Below, in pieces: positions 14,375-27,129 of a DNA stretch of 64,000 nucleotides. The notes beneath the pieces are model-generated. The model was not told the origin of the DNA, did not search any database, and saw only the letters and a list, made by a program, of their open reading frames with translations. A program made the translations under genes and the position numbers. Location of the stretch: assembly GCA_964016885.1 (NCBI GenBank), contig OZ024741.1, positions 105,400,001-105,464,000 of the forward strand, in the 5' to 3' direction. Origin of the DNA: Eledone cirrhosa (lineage: Eukaryota). The stretch's first letter is position 1; every line of letters begins with the position of its first letter.

Positions 14375-16320
14375 GTAATGGCTTGAGAGTCAATACACAC
14401 AAGGACAAACTTGGTGGACCAAGTGCATGATGTTGAATGGTTCTAAACAGTAACCGTTCACTCTCACCACAGAGCAGATGTTGCTGTGCATGGCAGCTAT
14501 CCAGCCTTTGAAGACGGGTCCAAAGCTGGCCGCCCTCAGGTATCAATGGTCGACCCTATCGAATGATTTCAACTGATCTAAATTGATCAAGACTCAATCC
14601 GTGCCAGGTTCCTCAGCAACCCTCTCCATGATGTATCGCATGAGGTAGTGTTTATCTGGAATGGCACATGTCTATCCCTCTTTCGACGACACGTGCCAAC
14701 TTTGTCACTAAAACCTTGGCCAAAATCTTTAACTCTGCATTTAGCAGAGATATGAGCCTGAAGTTATCTATGTTGTCCCTCTTGTTCAGGTTCTTTCTCA
14801 GCAGTGCCACATTCCTCAGCTCACAGAGCTGGGAATTCTCCCAGTCTGCTGCTAGTTGCAGTAGATGTTGCCAAACAAGTCTGGTATGTGTACATAAATC
14901 TCGTAGGGAAGACCATCCAAACCAGTTGATTTACCCATCGTGCACGATGGGTAAATCAACTGATAGGATTCATTGCCTCCCAAACTTCAGTGGCTGTTAT
15001 GAGCTTTTTGCAACACTATGCCTCAGTGGTTGAGAGCCATGTCAGACCATCGAGGTTGGCAGTAAAATCCACTTCGCGATCTGGCCCACTGCTGCCTCCG
15101 AACAGCTGAGTGAAGTGCCGCTGGAAAGCCACATACATTTGCTAAGGAGAGTAACATGCACCTGTCATGGTCCTCCAAAGATTGGATCATAGCTTTGTTT
15201 CCACAGTGTGCATCCTCCACTCGGGCTCATCAAACAGCTTTCATGCCTTTGTATCTGAGAACACGTGCTCTAGCCCTGATAAGATAGCCTTCATGCTTTC
15301 TGTTAAAGAATTGGTTGAGGGCTAATCTCACCACAACCACGTCGGTTGCAATGCCTTTACTAAGTGCCTTATCTAACTTTCTAACTAGTTCTTCCTCTAT
15401 GCTATTTTTCTCTATTGGTAAAGCTTTCTGAACCTAATCATCATCATTTTATGTCCGCTTTTCCCTGCCTGCAAGGGTTAAACGGGTCCTATTCAGCACA
15501 GCATCTCTCCACTTGTCACGGTCCTTCATCATCTCCTCAGTGAGTTTCAGCGATCTGAGGTCTGCTCTCACCACCTCTGCCATGTTTTACGTGGTCTACT
15601 TCTTCTGCGTCTTCCTTCTACTGGAATTTCTTGGCACTTCTTTACCCAGCGGTCATCCTCCATGCGCATCACATGCCCATACCATCTCAGCCTTCTCTCC
15701 TGCACACCACAACTTATCCCTCTTATACCCAGTTTCTTTCTCAACTCATCCATGCTTAGTCGTTCACGCACATTGACATTGCACATCCAACGGAGCATAC
15801 TTGCTTCATTTCTCTCCAACTATCGCATATCCTCTGCAGTTGCTGCCTATGTCTCACTACCATGCAGCATCTCGCACAAGCATCATATAACCATCCTTTC
15901 GTATGCAGGGACTATATTCTAATTGCCCTTTTCATGGCAAACCACCATTTGTTGTTTACAACTGCCCCCATCAACGCCTGTTTAGCTAATTCACTAATCT
16001 GGTTTCTGTAGGCCTTGGGCACCACGAACGAGGCATTCAGCTTCCAGTATCTGGATCCTTGTCTATGAAGCCTATCTAAATTGACCACACAGATCACAAA
16101 TTTGTGGTCTGTGTAGTCGACTATCTAGAATTGTCGACGGCCCCAGGCCACGTACACTCACACTGCCTATTCTGAGTAAGGGCATGTTGGTGATATGTAG
16201 TAGCTGTTTTCTGCAATGCTTGTATTATTTTATGTTCCATCAGTTTGCCATTGTCAGTGTTTATAGCTGTGTACTTTTTATTTGGCAGGGGGTTTGTTTT
16301 GTTGCGAAGCCGAAGGACAT
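14375..16320 (-). mobile_element. Decayed Tx1/L1-group LINE, interrupted by an RTE 3' fragment at about 15437-15912
   Basis: MPLLRIGSVSVRGLG (ORF2 start, about 16186), TDHK...SRYWKLNAS (end of endonuclease), LNAELKILAKVL and DQLKSFDRVDH (RT). Confidence 0.75.
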
Positions 16321-17000
16321 TTGGAAATGATTCCAGGCGCTAAGATAAAATCACCGCTGTGGATAATTTAAAATCGAGTTCCCCTCTACCTATCGGTTTC
16401 AAGATACCGGGTGATAATGTGAAGCTGGGTAATATGAAATGGTTACACCGGTTCGGGATATAGTCTCGTTGGTATGATTCTAAAATAAATTAATAAAATA
16501 AATTCAATATATAATATTATTTATTTATAATATTTAATTACTACTTAGGCACAATAAATACAATAAATACTATCACACTGAGAAAATTTGAGAGATAATG
16601 TACATTTTCCCGACGTGCAATATAGCTATAAATGCTACATCCGTTCTCTTTCTTCCTTCCATTTTTTCCTTCCTAGCATTCTCTCATCTTTTTTATTCTT
16701 TATTTCACTTCTATTCTCTCATCCTCTTCACCTCTTCTATTGCTCTTTTTTTCTTTTAATTTCTTCCTTCGTTTCTTTCTCTCTCTCTCTTTTTTTTTTA
16801 ATTCACAAGATACATTTTTGATCTTATTTGATCGACTTAGAAATGTCGAAATGATGATAACCCGAAACCCGAGTCTGTTGTAGACATTGAGGGGAAGTTT
16901 CATGGAAATGATGTAGTTTAGAATGGATAAGCTACCCGTCTCGGGAATGTCGCTTCCCTAAACGGTTGAAGCGTGCCTGTCTCGGAATGAGCTGAACACA

Positions 17001-19490
17001 ATTCTGATCCTTACAAACTTTCTTCTCCAATTCTACAACTGTTAATATTTAAACAATAATTCTATGGACGACTACTTTCCTTGCTTACGAAATATATTTC
17101 ACATTTCTAACCTTCCCCAAAAATATGTTTATGCCTGTTATTATTTAATGTGTGTTAATGTAAAGCTCTATTAATTGTTAAAATTCAGCAGTCGCTCTAT
17201 AATATTAGATATCACGAGGGTTCTATGGTACGTGTGGTCTGAAACTCAAGGACTCCCCAAAACTGGTCCCATTTTTCTTTTTGTCTCATTTTTTTCACAA
17301 AAAAAAAAAAAAAATGATGAAACTCCTAGTATATTTAGTTCAAATCATTAAAAAACAAAATGTCAAAAATTCACTTCTAATGCTTCTGTCCAGAATTAAA
17401 ACGTATGTTCGAAGTGATCCCCATTTGAATCCATGCATTTTATTTTGGGGGCACAAGGTAAAATTTTGCATATTGACTACAGACGTAGCGATGGCTCATC
17501 TCTGATGTTTTCCTTTAGTTAAATATTCTGATTCTTACAAACTTCCTTCTACAATTCTACAACTGTTAATATTTAATGTCTTCCTTTAATGAAATATTCT
17601 CTGATGTTTTCCTTTAGTTAAATATTCTGATTCTTACAAACTTCCTTCTACAATTCTACAACTGTTAATATTTAATGTCTTCCTTTAATGAAATATTCTC
17701 TGATGTTTTCCTTTAGTTAAATATTCTGATTCTTACAAACTTCCTTCTACAATTCTACAACTGTTAATATTTAATGTCTTCCTTTAATGAAATATTCTCT
17801 GATGTTTTCCTTTAGTTAAATATTCTGATTCTTACAAACTTCCTTCTACAATTCTACAACTGTTAATATTTAAAGTTATGATGCCTCAGATATTGATTAC
17901 GAGAAAATTTCACATTTCCTTGAGTTTATAGTCTACCAAACTATGCATGCGTTTATAATCATTAATATTTAATTGGCAGTCTCGGTGGAACGTCAGACCT
18001 GCTTTATGACAGAGTTACGCCCCTTTACGATTTTAGTTCAAATCCTGCCGAAGTTAGTTTTGCCTTTCATCCTCACGGGGTCAATAAGATAGTAATGCAC
18101 TAGGTTTATTCAATCGACTTTCCCATTCCCTAAAATTGTTGGCCTTGTGCCTAAATCAGAAACCAATATTTAATATGTTAATGTAAATCCATATTAATTG
18201 CTAACAAGAGCAAAGAGTTACTGCCCTTTATAGTCTGAGTTCAAGTCCTGCCGAGGTTAATTTTGCCTTTTACGGGGTCGATAAAATAAAATACCAGTAA
18301 TACACTGAAATAATTGCTGGCCTTGTGCCAAAAGTAGAAACAATTAATTGCTAACATTCAGCAGCAGTTTTATGTTATAATTAGAAACCACGAGAGTTCT
18401 GTGACATAAACTTGTCTAAAATTCAAGGACTCAAAAGGTACATTAGATCCCGAAGAGAGGCACTGTGGTCCAAAAAATGAGATGAGGGTAGGGGTCTTCT
18501 GCCAGTTATAAGGCTAATCTACAATACAGCTGATGTGCTGCTATTTATTTTGTTTGTTTCGATCAACATGAATACGCATATGGTAGTATGCGGGATATCT
18601 AATTACGAAAATTGTTCTGCGGCAGGCCGTGTTTCCTGTTATATAGGCTGACTAAAAATAAATAGCTCATTTTTTTTCTTTTTTCTACATTATTCACTTT
18701 TTTCACAAAAACTGATGAAACTCCTAATATATTTAGAACAAACCATTAAAAACAACATATAAAAAATTCACTATCTTCTAATGTTTCTGTCCAAAGTTAT
18801 AGCATGTTCCTAAAGTAGAAACAGTTATAGCACGTTCCAAGTGATCCCCATTTGAATCCATGCATTTTCTTTTTGGCGCATGTTTAGTATAATGTCTTTA
18901 CAGACGTAGATGATGTTTTCCTTTAGTTCAGTATTCTGATACTTACAAATTTCCTTCTACATCTACAGCTTTTAATATTTAATGCCTCAAGGGCTGAGTA
19001 TAAGCAGTATCGGTAGAGCGTCGGGCATGCTTTATAGCACAGAGTTACGACCCTTTACGACCTGAATTCAAATACTGCCGATGTTAGCTTTGCCTTTCAT
19101 CCTTACGGGGTCGATAAAATAAAGTACTGGGATCGATTTAATCGATTTTCTTCTTCCCCTAAATCAGAAACCAATATTTAAACTTATGATACTTCAGTTA
19201 TTGCTTACGAGAAAATTTTACATTTCCACTAGAGTTTAGAACCTTCCAAACAATTTGTATGTGTTTATGTCTGTTAATATTTAAGTTGTGTTGATGTAAA
19301 GCCCTATTAATTGCTAAAATTCAGCAGCAGTTATATAGTATAATTAGCTACCATGAGAGTTCTGACATTATATCATGTGGTCTAAAACTCAAGGACTGAA
19401 AAGGTACATTACATCTTGGGAGAGGCACAGTGGGCCAAAAGTAACACAAGGAGAGTTCCACCAGTTATAATGCTAATCTGCAGATGCCTA
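17001..19490. repeat. Diverged tandem segmental triplication (units about 17001-17500, 17500-18910 and 18910-19490) with SINE A insertions
   Basis: Blocks attctga.cttacaaa.ttccttcta and aaa.tcaaggact recur three times and gtgatccccatttgaatccatgcatttt twice, in the same order. Confidence 0.75.
17499..17873. repeat. Perfect 99-bp tandem repeat, about 3.8 copies
   Basis: tctgatgttttcctttagttaaatattctga starts at 17501, 17600, 17699 and 17798. Confidence 0.95.
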
Positions 19491-20850
19491 AAAAGGAAAT
19501 GTTATCACAAGATGTTAATGAGTGGGAGGAAGAGACTACCTCCAACTAAGCCAACAGAGGGAGCAGGAGAAGTACTACAGATGCTCTCTTCCTAATGAAA
19601 CAACTACAAGAGAAGTTCCTAACTAAGAATGAACCACTATATTTAGCTTTTGTTGATCTAGAGAAGCCTTGATTTGTCATCTGGTGGTCTTTAAGGAAAC
19701 TAGGAATAGAAGAATGGCTTGTAAGAGCAGTGCAAGTCATGTACAGAGTTAGAAAGTTGAGAGTAGCAATGAGTTAAGTAAGGAATTCAATGTGCAAGTA
19801 GTTGTTCATCAGGGCTCCGTCCTCAACCCACATAGTTCTGCAGGCCATAACAGGTAAGTTTAAGAGAGGTTGCTCATGGGAACTCCTGTATGCTGACAAC
19901 CTGTGGTTCTAATAGCCAAATTTGTGGAAAAGCTAGAGAAGAAATTCCAGCTTTGGAAACAAAACTTAGAATCAAAATGACAGTGTAAACTTGGGAAAAC
20001 TAAAGTACTGATAAGCATAAAAGAAGACAAGACCCTGATCCCATCAGGAAAGTGGCCCTGCTCAATATGTAAAAAAGGAGTAAGTAGTAATTCTATACAA
20101 TGTACACAATGTAAATCTTGGGTACACAAGAGTTATAGTGGTATAGTAGGCAGACTAACAGAAAAGGTAAACTTTGTATGTGGTAGATGCACAGGCATAG
20201 TTAGTAGTAAGAGCACAAGTAAAATAAACGCTTAAGGATCCATACAAGTAGTTGATAGCTTGTTACCTAGGTGATAAAATTACTTGGGGCAGAGGCTGTT
20301 CCGAGAGCATAATAGCCAGAGTAAGAACAAGATGAAAAAGTTCAGAAGCTGTTACTTCTGTTGACAGCAAAAAGTTTCTCTCTACGAAAGAAAGGCCAAC
20401 TGTATGATGTGTATGAAGTGTGATGTTGCATGGCAGTGAACACGGAAGATATGAGTAGGTTGAAGAGAAATGAAGCAAGCATGCTTTGATGGATGTGTAA
20501 TGTTAATATATGTGAAAAGCAAAGCTGAGGTGAGTTGACGGAGAGGCTGTATATAAGAGGAATCAGATGTAGTGAGCAGGAGAAAAGAGTGCACTGGTAT
20601 GGCCATGTGATGTATATCGATGATGAGCATTCGGTGAAGAAGTGCCAAAAAATTCAAGTGGAAGGGAGTTGTAGTAGAAAGAGAGACCAAGGAAAACATG
20701 GGCAGATATTATTAGAGCTGGTCCCAAATTATAATGATTTTCACAGAGGAAATACCAAGACGATTGGAGAGATGTGCTGGAAAAAAAACCTATTCAACAC
20801 CTATGCAAGCATGGAAAAGCGAATATGAAACAGTGATAATGATATATATC
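19490..20850 (+). mobile_element. Decayed RTE (RT, PHD, C-terminus, tail)
   Basis: LQEKFL, FVDLEK, CSICKKGVSSNSIQCTQC..WVHK and WYGHVM remnants with many stops. Confidence 0.8.
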
Positions 20851-21326
20851 TGCTACTTTTTAGCAATAGAATCCTCATCATTTTTATATCTGTTTTTCCA
20901 TGTTGGCATGGGTTAGAGACTTTTGAAGCCAAGTTCTTTGGTCGTATGTTCTTTCTGATGCTGCCCTATACTTTATAAGTATGGTATATACCACTTATTT
21001 TTGTCAAAATGCTATGCTGCAGGATGTATTGTTTACACAGGACATAAACAAATGTCACTGGCTAAGTATTGTCAATAATTTTGTTAACTTGCCACACACA
21101 CTTTCCATTTACCAAATTTACTTAGAAAGTATTGATTGACACAAGATTATTGAAGAAGAAACTTGCTCAAGGTGTCACCACACCATGTGACTGAACCTAA
21201 AACCACATGGCTGAGAACTTCTTAACCACACAATCATAATGAGAAAGTTATCAGCAGCCAATGTAAACTTCTTTTTTTTTACTGAATAGTTTCAAGGCAG
21301 AAGTCTTGTGAGAAATAATTTTAAAT

Positions 21327-21332
21327 TTTATT
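21327..21332 (-). promoter_or_regulatory. Candidate AATAAA polyadenylation signal of PARL
   Basis: tttatt on the plus strand, about 100 nt downstream of the PARL stop. Confidence 0.4.
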
Positions 21333-21431
21333 GGAATAAGTTAAATTTAAAAAATGGTGCTGATATAAGATTCTCGTAATTCCAACAAATAGGCCAATAT
21401 CACAATATCAATCTGTGTCCATGAGTCATAT

Positions 21432-21519
21432 TCAAGGGTCCCCTCTTATGTTATGCCACCATTTTTGAAATGATTCACGCTGGTCCCAGATCAGTTTTTT
21501 ACCATATGTTACATACCAT
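21432..21519 (-). CDS. PARL: PARL exon 9 (last): WYVTYGKKLIWDQRESFQKWWHNIRGDP*
   Basis: tttcag acceptor, phase fits exon 8, matches the PARL C-terminus (WYVTYGHELIW in human, recalled). Confidence 0.9.
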
Positions 21520-22288
21520 CTGAAAATCAAAGCAGAAATATAATATTCATATATTTTTTTTCTTCAGTGTTTAATCAGTGTAGGAAGGACATGGATCATG
21601 GTCCTTTTCAGGGCCTCCAAGACTTATGGGAAGGAAAGAGAAATAGCTATTGTATTTTACTATTTAGCAAGGCACTTGACAAAAGTAGGTTGCACTCCTA
21701 CCATAAACAACAATTCTAATATAAAACCACCCCAATAGTGTTGTCATCAAGAAAAATATATTTGATGTTACACAGAAAAAAATAACGTGATTAAAAGTTT
21801 CATTTAATTCTTTCATGACTATATTTGTAATGAAATATGCTGCACATGTGGTCCAATTATTTTTGAAGATAATTAAGAATTTGAAGGAATTTAGTAATTT
21901 CTCATTGTAGTTTGGAACATAAGAAAAACATTAAGATATGAGATTTTAATTTAACCCTTCCATTACCATATTTCTGATAATTTTGAAAATAATCAAAAAT
22001 TTGTGGGATTTAGTAAAATAACTTTCTCATTATTAACTTAAAAGTTCTTACATAAAATTATGATAGAGAACCAGGGGTAGTTTAAGGTGGCTTGGCATCA
22101 AAAGGGCTAAATTGATTTTTAGTTTGGTATCAAGAAAGTTACTAACATTTTTAAATGGTTTTGTATCACAAACTAAAGGTGGTTGCAGCTAAGTTGATAT
22201 TTAATGGATTAAAGTGGAAACAATGTTTTGAAATTAGAGAAATCTCAAATATTTCAGAATGGAAGTTTAACAATACTAAAAGACTTAC

Positions 22289-22386
22289 AGTCCAAACAAC
22301 ATTCCTCCAAGATGGGCAGCATGATCAAAGAATTTCCAGCCAGCAAGTACACCAATTGTATCAAAGGTAATAATTACTTTCATTAC
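22289..22386 (-). CDS. PARL: PARL exon 8: [32 protein letters not shown] (catalytic His)
   Basis: [13 protein letters not shown] rhomboid motif, flanked by cag and gtaagt. Confidence 0.95.
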
Positions 22387-22497
22387 CTGAAAAAGAAATA
22401 TTAAGTCCTTAAGTATGAAATGTGCGATTTCCATATGTACTTTTAATTTGAAATCGGACATTTTATATTTAATGACCTGATATTATAATTGATTTTT

Positions 22498-22600
22498 CGA
22501 GGTTAACTTTGTCTTTCATCCTTATGGGGGTCGATAAAATAAAGCACCAGTAATACACTGGGATAATTGCTGGCCTTGTGCCAAATGTAGAAACAATTAT
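22498..22600 (+). mobile_element. SINE family A 3' half, 18-bp TSD attataattgatttttcg
   Basis: Core and 3' end, with flanking direct repeat. Confidence 0.8.
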
Positions 22601-23854
22601 AATTGATTTTTCGTCCACCCTGTAACGTGGTCATGTTGGTGACATGACAAAATGCACCCAGTCCACTCTGTAAAGTGATTGTGTTAGTGCCACGATAAAA
22701 AACATTCAGTCCAACCTCCCTGTTCCTTGCTCCAACAGTTTACTGCTTCACCTCACTACATGTAACCCGCAACTAAGATGCTGTTGCCTGCAGAGTAGCA
22801 GATGACTAAATAGCAGGCATTAACTGACTATTTCCTTTTTGTGTCAGTCACCATTGAAACCTCTGCTATTTTAAATTTCTAGTCTGCCATTTTCCGCTGC
22901 TAAATCAGGATGAGAGAGCACCACACCTGTAGAATGAGCTCTGCAAGGTAGAATGGCTGATGCAACAGGTGTCATTGGTTATTTTCCACAGCAATGTTTT
23001 TATCATGTTATCTATGGGGTACAGCAGAGATAAGCCACCCAGTCATGGGTGTAGAGTTTGCTCCTTCCTCACCATCTTTTCTTTCATTCCTGTTGTCATT
23101 AAAATATTTATATAGTGATGAACAGAAACTCTCAGGTTTTAATGATAAAGCTCAATGGTGAAAAATCTGGGAACTAAGATATTTTGTTAAACAGCTTCCT
23201 TTCATATAAAAGTTGAATATATTTTACTTTGTAAATAACATGCCGAAATCAATGTAAAAAAAGAAAATTTTATACAATATGTGCATATAAAAATTACTAC
23301 TTTTTCCTTAATGATATTTAATAAAGAATTATGTAGCTTATCATACTACAATACAGACTCCAAAATAATACTTATATTAGCTGGAGAAAGCTCAATGTTA
23401 GAAAACAATGTTAATATCAGTATTTAGTGGTAGAAGGACCTAACAAAACAATATGCAAGAATTAAAACTATATAAATGTAAAATACTTATAAATAGTTTT
23501 ATAAACTGAGGACGTATTCAAATTATTCTATACACTAATTACAAAAGGGATCACATTGCAAAGAACCTTACAAATTTCATGTTTTTACCTTTCTAGTCAT
23601 TAAAATCTACAAATCTTGAGTCAATAAGGAAACCTGTATGTGATCGTGTTTGACTTGCTGGAAATAGAAGTGAAATTACCCTGCAACCACATTATCAGTT
23701 AAAAAGAAGACACATTGTATAATGTAGTCCAGGGTACACAATGTCTGAAAATATGGTTATAGCTTGAAAACCTTTGATAAGAGTCAACTTGAGACTAAAC
23801 AATATTGACACATTAATTTGACATAACATTAATTAATATCATAAAAATACTTAC

Positions 23855-23965
23855 AGTACCAGCTGAGAAAGAATGAGGGATGATATCACCAATGAATGCT
23901 ATTGATAATTGTGCATTAGGATAAGTAAGGCAGACAGCTCCAAGGACAGCCATCAGAGCACCCGA
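23855..23965 (-). CDS. PARL: PARL exon 7: SGALMAVLGAVCLTYPNAQLSIAFIGDIIPHSFSAGT (catalytic Ser)
   Basis: Completes the GASG motif with exon 6. Flanked by tag and gtaagt, 111 nt, phase 0/0. Confidence 0.93.
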
Positions 23966-24107
23966 CTAATAAAAAAAGAAACAGAATCATTAACATTAAT
24001 GTACACTTTCTTAAAAAAACAATTAACTGAAAGAGTGATACAAATAAAATTTGGACATGTTTTCGTTTGGCAAACAACAACTAATACAATTACTGTGTAT
24101 CCAGTTT

Positions 24108-24790
24108 AGAATAGGTACACCGTATTCCTGAGTGTCATAAGAAATGACTAAAAGGGTTGGTGTCAGGAAAGGTATCAGGCTGTAAAACATTGCCTGAAAA
24201 AGTCCCATTCATTAATTATGGTAGTTGGTATAATTTTTCTCTTGGTCTGAAACCACAGTATAGGCAAGAATTTAATTGTAATGTAAGTGAATGTAACTTG
24301 CAGGTTTGGCTCGACTTAAGGATAAAGTGGGGAAATACTGGCAGATAAGGAAGTCAGGAAAAGGTTTGCGGATACTATTGCATCCAAATTCAAATAACTC
24401 TCTGAGTAAACTAAGGATGCTGAGACAGAATGAAAACTGTTCAGCTTGACAGTTTCTGAGGCACTGGGTGGCAGGAAGACCCCTTGGATCAATCAAGCAG
24501 TCAAAGATGCCATATGAACAATGAAGGAGGCTTACAAAGCTTGGCTTTGAAATAAGTCCTCTTTGTGCACTTGCAGTACAAACAGGCACAAGAAGTCGTG
24601 ACAGTGACTATAAAGGCATCCAAAGTTAAGACATGAGAAGGCTTTGGGGTTAAGCTGGAATACAACTTCAGATCAGCAAATAAAGTGTTCTGGCAGAGAA
24701 TCTGCCGACTTTGTAATAAGAAGTTTTCCTCCATTCCTGCTATGAGGAACATGTCTAAGGTCCTCCTCGTTTCAGAGAGGTGCATCCTTG
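24108..24790 (+). mobile_element. Decayed RTE fragment (family of 1-2450) with 5'-end motif
   Basis: PWINQAVKDAI...EAYKAWL...WEGFG...ANKVFWQ remnants. Confidence 0.65.
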
Positions 24791-24966
24791 TGAGGGAGAG
24801 ATAAACTTTGCTGATCTCCTAAACCCAATCACAACAGCATCTTCCGGTGATAGTGATCGGAAGCTTTTCGGAAGGCGCAACACCCGGTGGCCAAGATCTT
24901 GGATTAATGCAGCAAAAACCAAGTCAGTTATAATATTAAATTCAAAACAAAAAAATGCAAACTTAC

Positions 24967-25037
24967 AGCACCAACAGATGGTGTGAACTGACAACGAGCA
25001 ATCTTGACACAATAGCTGAACAGTGAGGCAACTGTGG
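24967..25037 (-). CDS. PARL: PARL exon 6: (A)TVASLFSYCVKIARCQFTPSVGA
   Basis: Flanked by tag and gtaagt, 71 nt, phase 1/0, ends in GA of the GASG motif. Confidence 0.9.
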
Positions 25038-25461
25038 CTACAAAAGAAATATTTATGCAGTAGATATGATACGTCAAATGAAACTGTAATTGACAATATG
25101 CACAGAAATTGAATTAAGTCTGTTATACTTTCTTCTGTAATCAGTAAAGTAATCCATGATACATTAAAAAAAGACGATATTATATATAAACAGCATATAT
25201 AATAAACTAAAATGTTATGAAAATGAAAAAGGAGAAAATTGGCGACGGAAATATAAACCTTATATAACGATGCAAATATATGAACATTTATATAAGCGAT
25301 ATGATAGGTGTTATAATATAACGGACGCTAACAGGAAGTTTTGACATTTGAAAATTTTAAAAGTAATCCAATTTATTTTACTAACGGGATAAAAAAATAT
25401 AAAATGGATGCCTTTATTATATTATAGATTATTATAAAAGAAATCATCATCATCATCATTA

Positions 25462-25685
25462 GGGCAGCAATGGATTAGCAGTATTGGTAGTGTGTCAGAC
25501 ACCATGCTTTGCAGCATAGAGTTATGGGCCTTTACGTACTGAGTTCAAATCCCGCCGAGGTTAGCTTTGCCTTTCATCCTTACGGGGTCAATAAAATAAA
25601 GCACCAGTAATGCACTGGGGTCGATTTAATCGACTTTCCCACACCCCAAAATTGGTGGCCTTGTGCCTATAGTAGAAATCATTAT
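25462..25685 (+). mobile_element. SINE family A, full length
   Basis: A-box-like start, B-box gagttcaaatccc, core, (ATT)n tail. Confidence 0.85.
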
Positions 25686-25790
25686 TATTATTGTTATAAA
25701 AGAAATGATGGCTGACATTGAGTGTATGTAAACACATACATACATACACACACAACCATACATATCTATGTAAGTATATATGTGTGTATA

Positions 25791-27100
25791 TGCCTGGCTC
25801 TTAACCTTAACTGCCTCATCTACCTTATTGTTCCACCACCAAGTCACTCTCCTCCTGCCTGTGCTCTTACTCCAACCACAGATCTCATTCGTCGCCTTTA
25901 GTAAATTATTTTTTGGAACTCCCAGTGCTCTTCTACATTGAATGTCTCTATCTGTTCTTCTTTACTGTCATAGGAATCGAGTAAAACTAAAAAGTAAGCC
26001 GCTCTACCTGGCATTCATCAATCTGGAGAAAGCCTTTGACAGAATTCCCCGTGCTATAATCTGGTGGGCTCTTAGAAAACTAGGAGTAGATGAATGGCTT
26101 GTGAAAGCTGTACAAGCCATGTATAGGGGAGCAGTCAGCAAAGTTAGGATTAGCAATGACTATAGCGAGGAATTTAGCATACAGGTCGGTGTCCACCAGG
26201 GCTCTGTTCTTAGCCCTTTCCTGTTCATCATAGTTTTGCAGGTAATAACGGAGGAGTTTAAGACCAGATGCCCATGGGAACTCCTGTATGCAGATGACCT
26301 CACACTTATAGCTGAATCTATGGTAGAACTAGAGAAGAAATTCCAAACATGGAAGCAGGGACTAGAAAATACAATAACTAGGGTAAGAACGGGATGGAAG
26401 AAGTTCAGGGAGCTACTGCCACTGCTAGCTGCAAAAGGCTTTTCCCTCAAAATGAAGGGCAGACTGTATGATGCGTGTATATGAACAGCAATGTTACATG
26501 GTAGTGAGACCTGGGCGCTGTCTGTAGAAGACTTGCGTAGATTAGAAAAAAACGAAGCCGGCATGCTCCGATGGATGTGTAATAGTAATATACGCGAACG
26601 GCAAAGCATAAACGAATTGAGAAAGTGACTGAGCATAAGAGGAATCAAATGCTGTGTGCAGAAGAGGAGGTTGCGTTAGTATGGACATGTGATGCGTATG
26701 AAGGATGACAGCTGCATAAAAAGGTGCAGAACACTAGAAGTCAATGGAAACCGCGGAGTGGGGAGACCCAAGAAGACCTGGGATGAGGTGATAAAAGCCA
26801 ACCTTACCCAATTACACCTCTCAAACGTGATGACACACGACCGTGACCTCTGGCGTCATGCAGTAATACAGAAGACCACACCCCCTCCCACTGCAAAGTG
26901 GTCGTGGAGGTGCCATGGCCAAAAAAGCACCCAGCACTCACTGTAAATGAGGTTGGTGTTAGGAAGGGCATCCAGCTGTAGAAATCAGTTCCCGTATGAG
27001 CAAGACATGGTCAGCCGATCGGCTACTGCCCACAACAGGACAACCCGTCTAACCCATGCTAGCATGGAAGAACGGACGTAAAACGGTGATGATGATGATA
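25791..27100 (+). mobile_element. RTE copy with a 5' inversion (25791-25986 antisense) and an in-frame internal deletion spanning the PHD
   Basis: Antisense TWWWNNKVDEAVK segment joined to a sense RT body. WKQGLE is fused directly to NTITRVRTGW. Confidence 0.85.
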
Positions 27101-27129
27101 TATATATTATATAATACATGTATATATAT

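Noticed and set aside
17499-17873. CRISPR-like array
   Set aside because: The units are wholly identical with no unique spacers, and the context is eukaryotic with no cas genes
25200-25430. Second Helitron (TC start on minus at about 25428)
   Set aside because: No intact 3' hairpin or CTRR found
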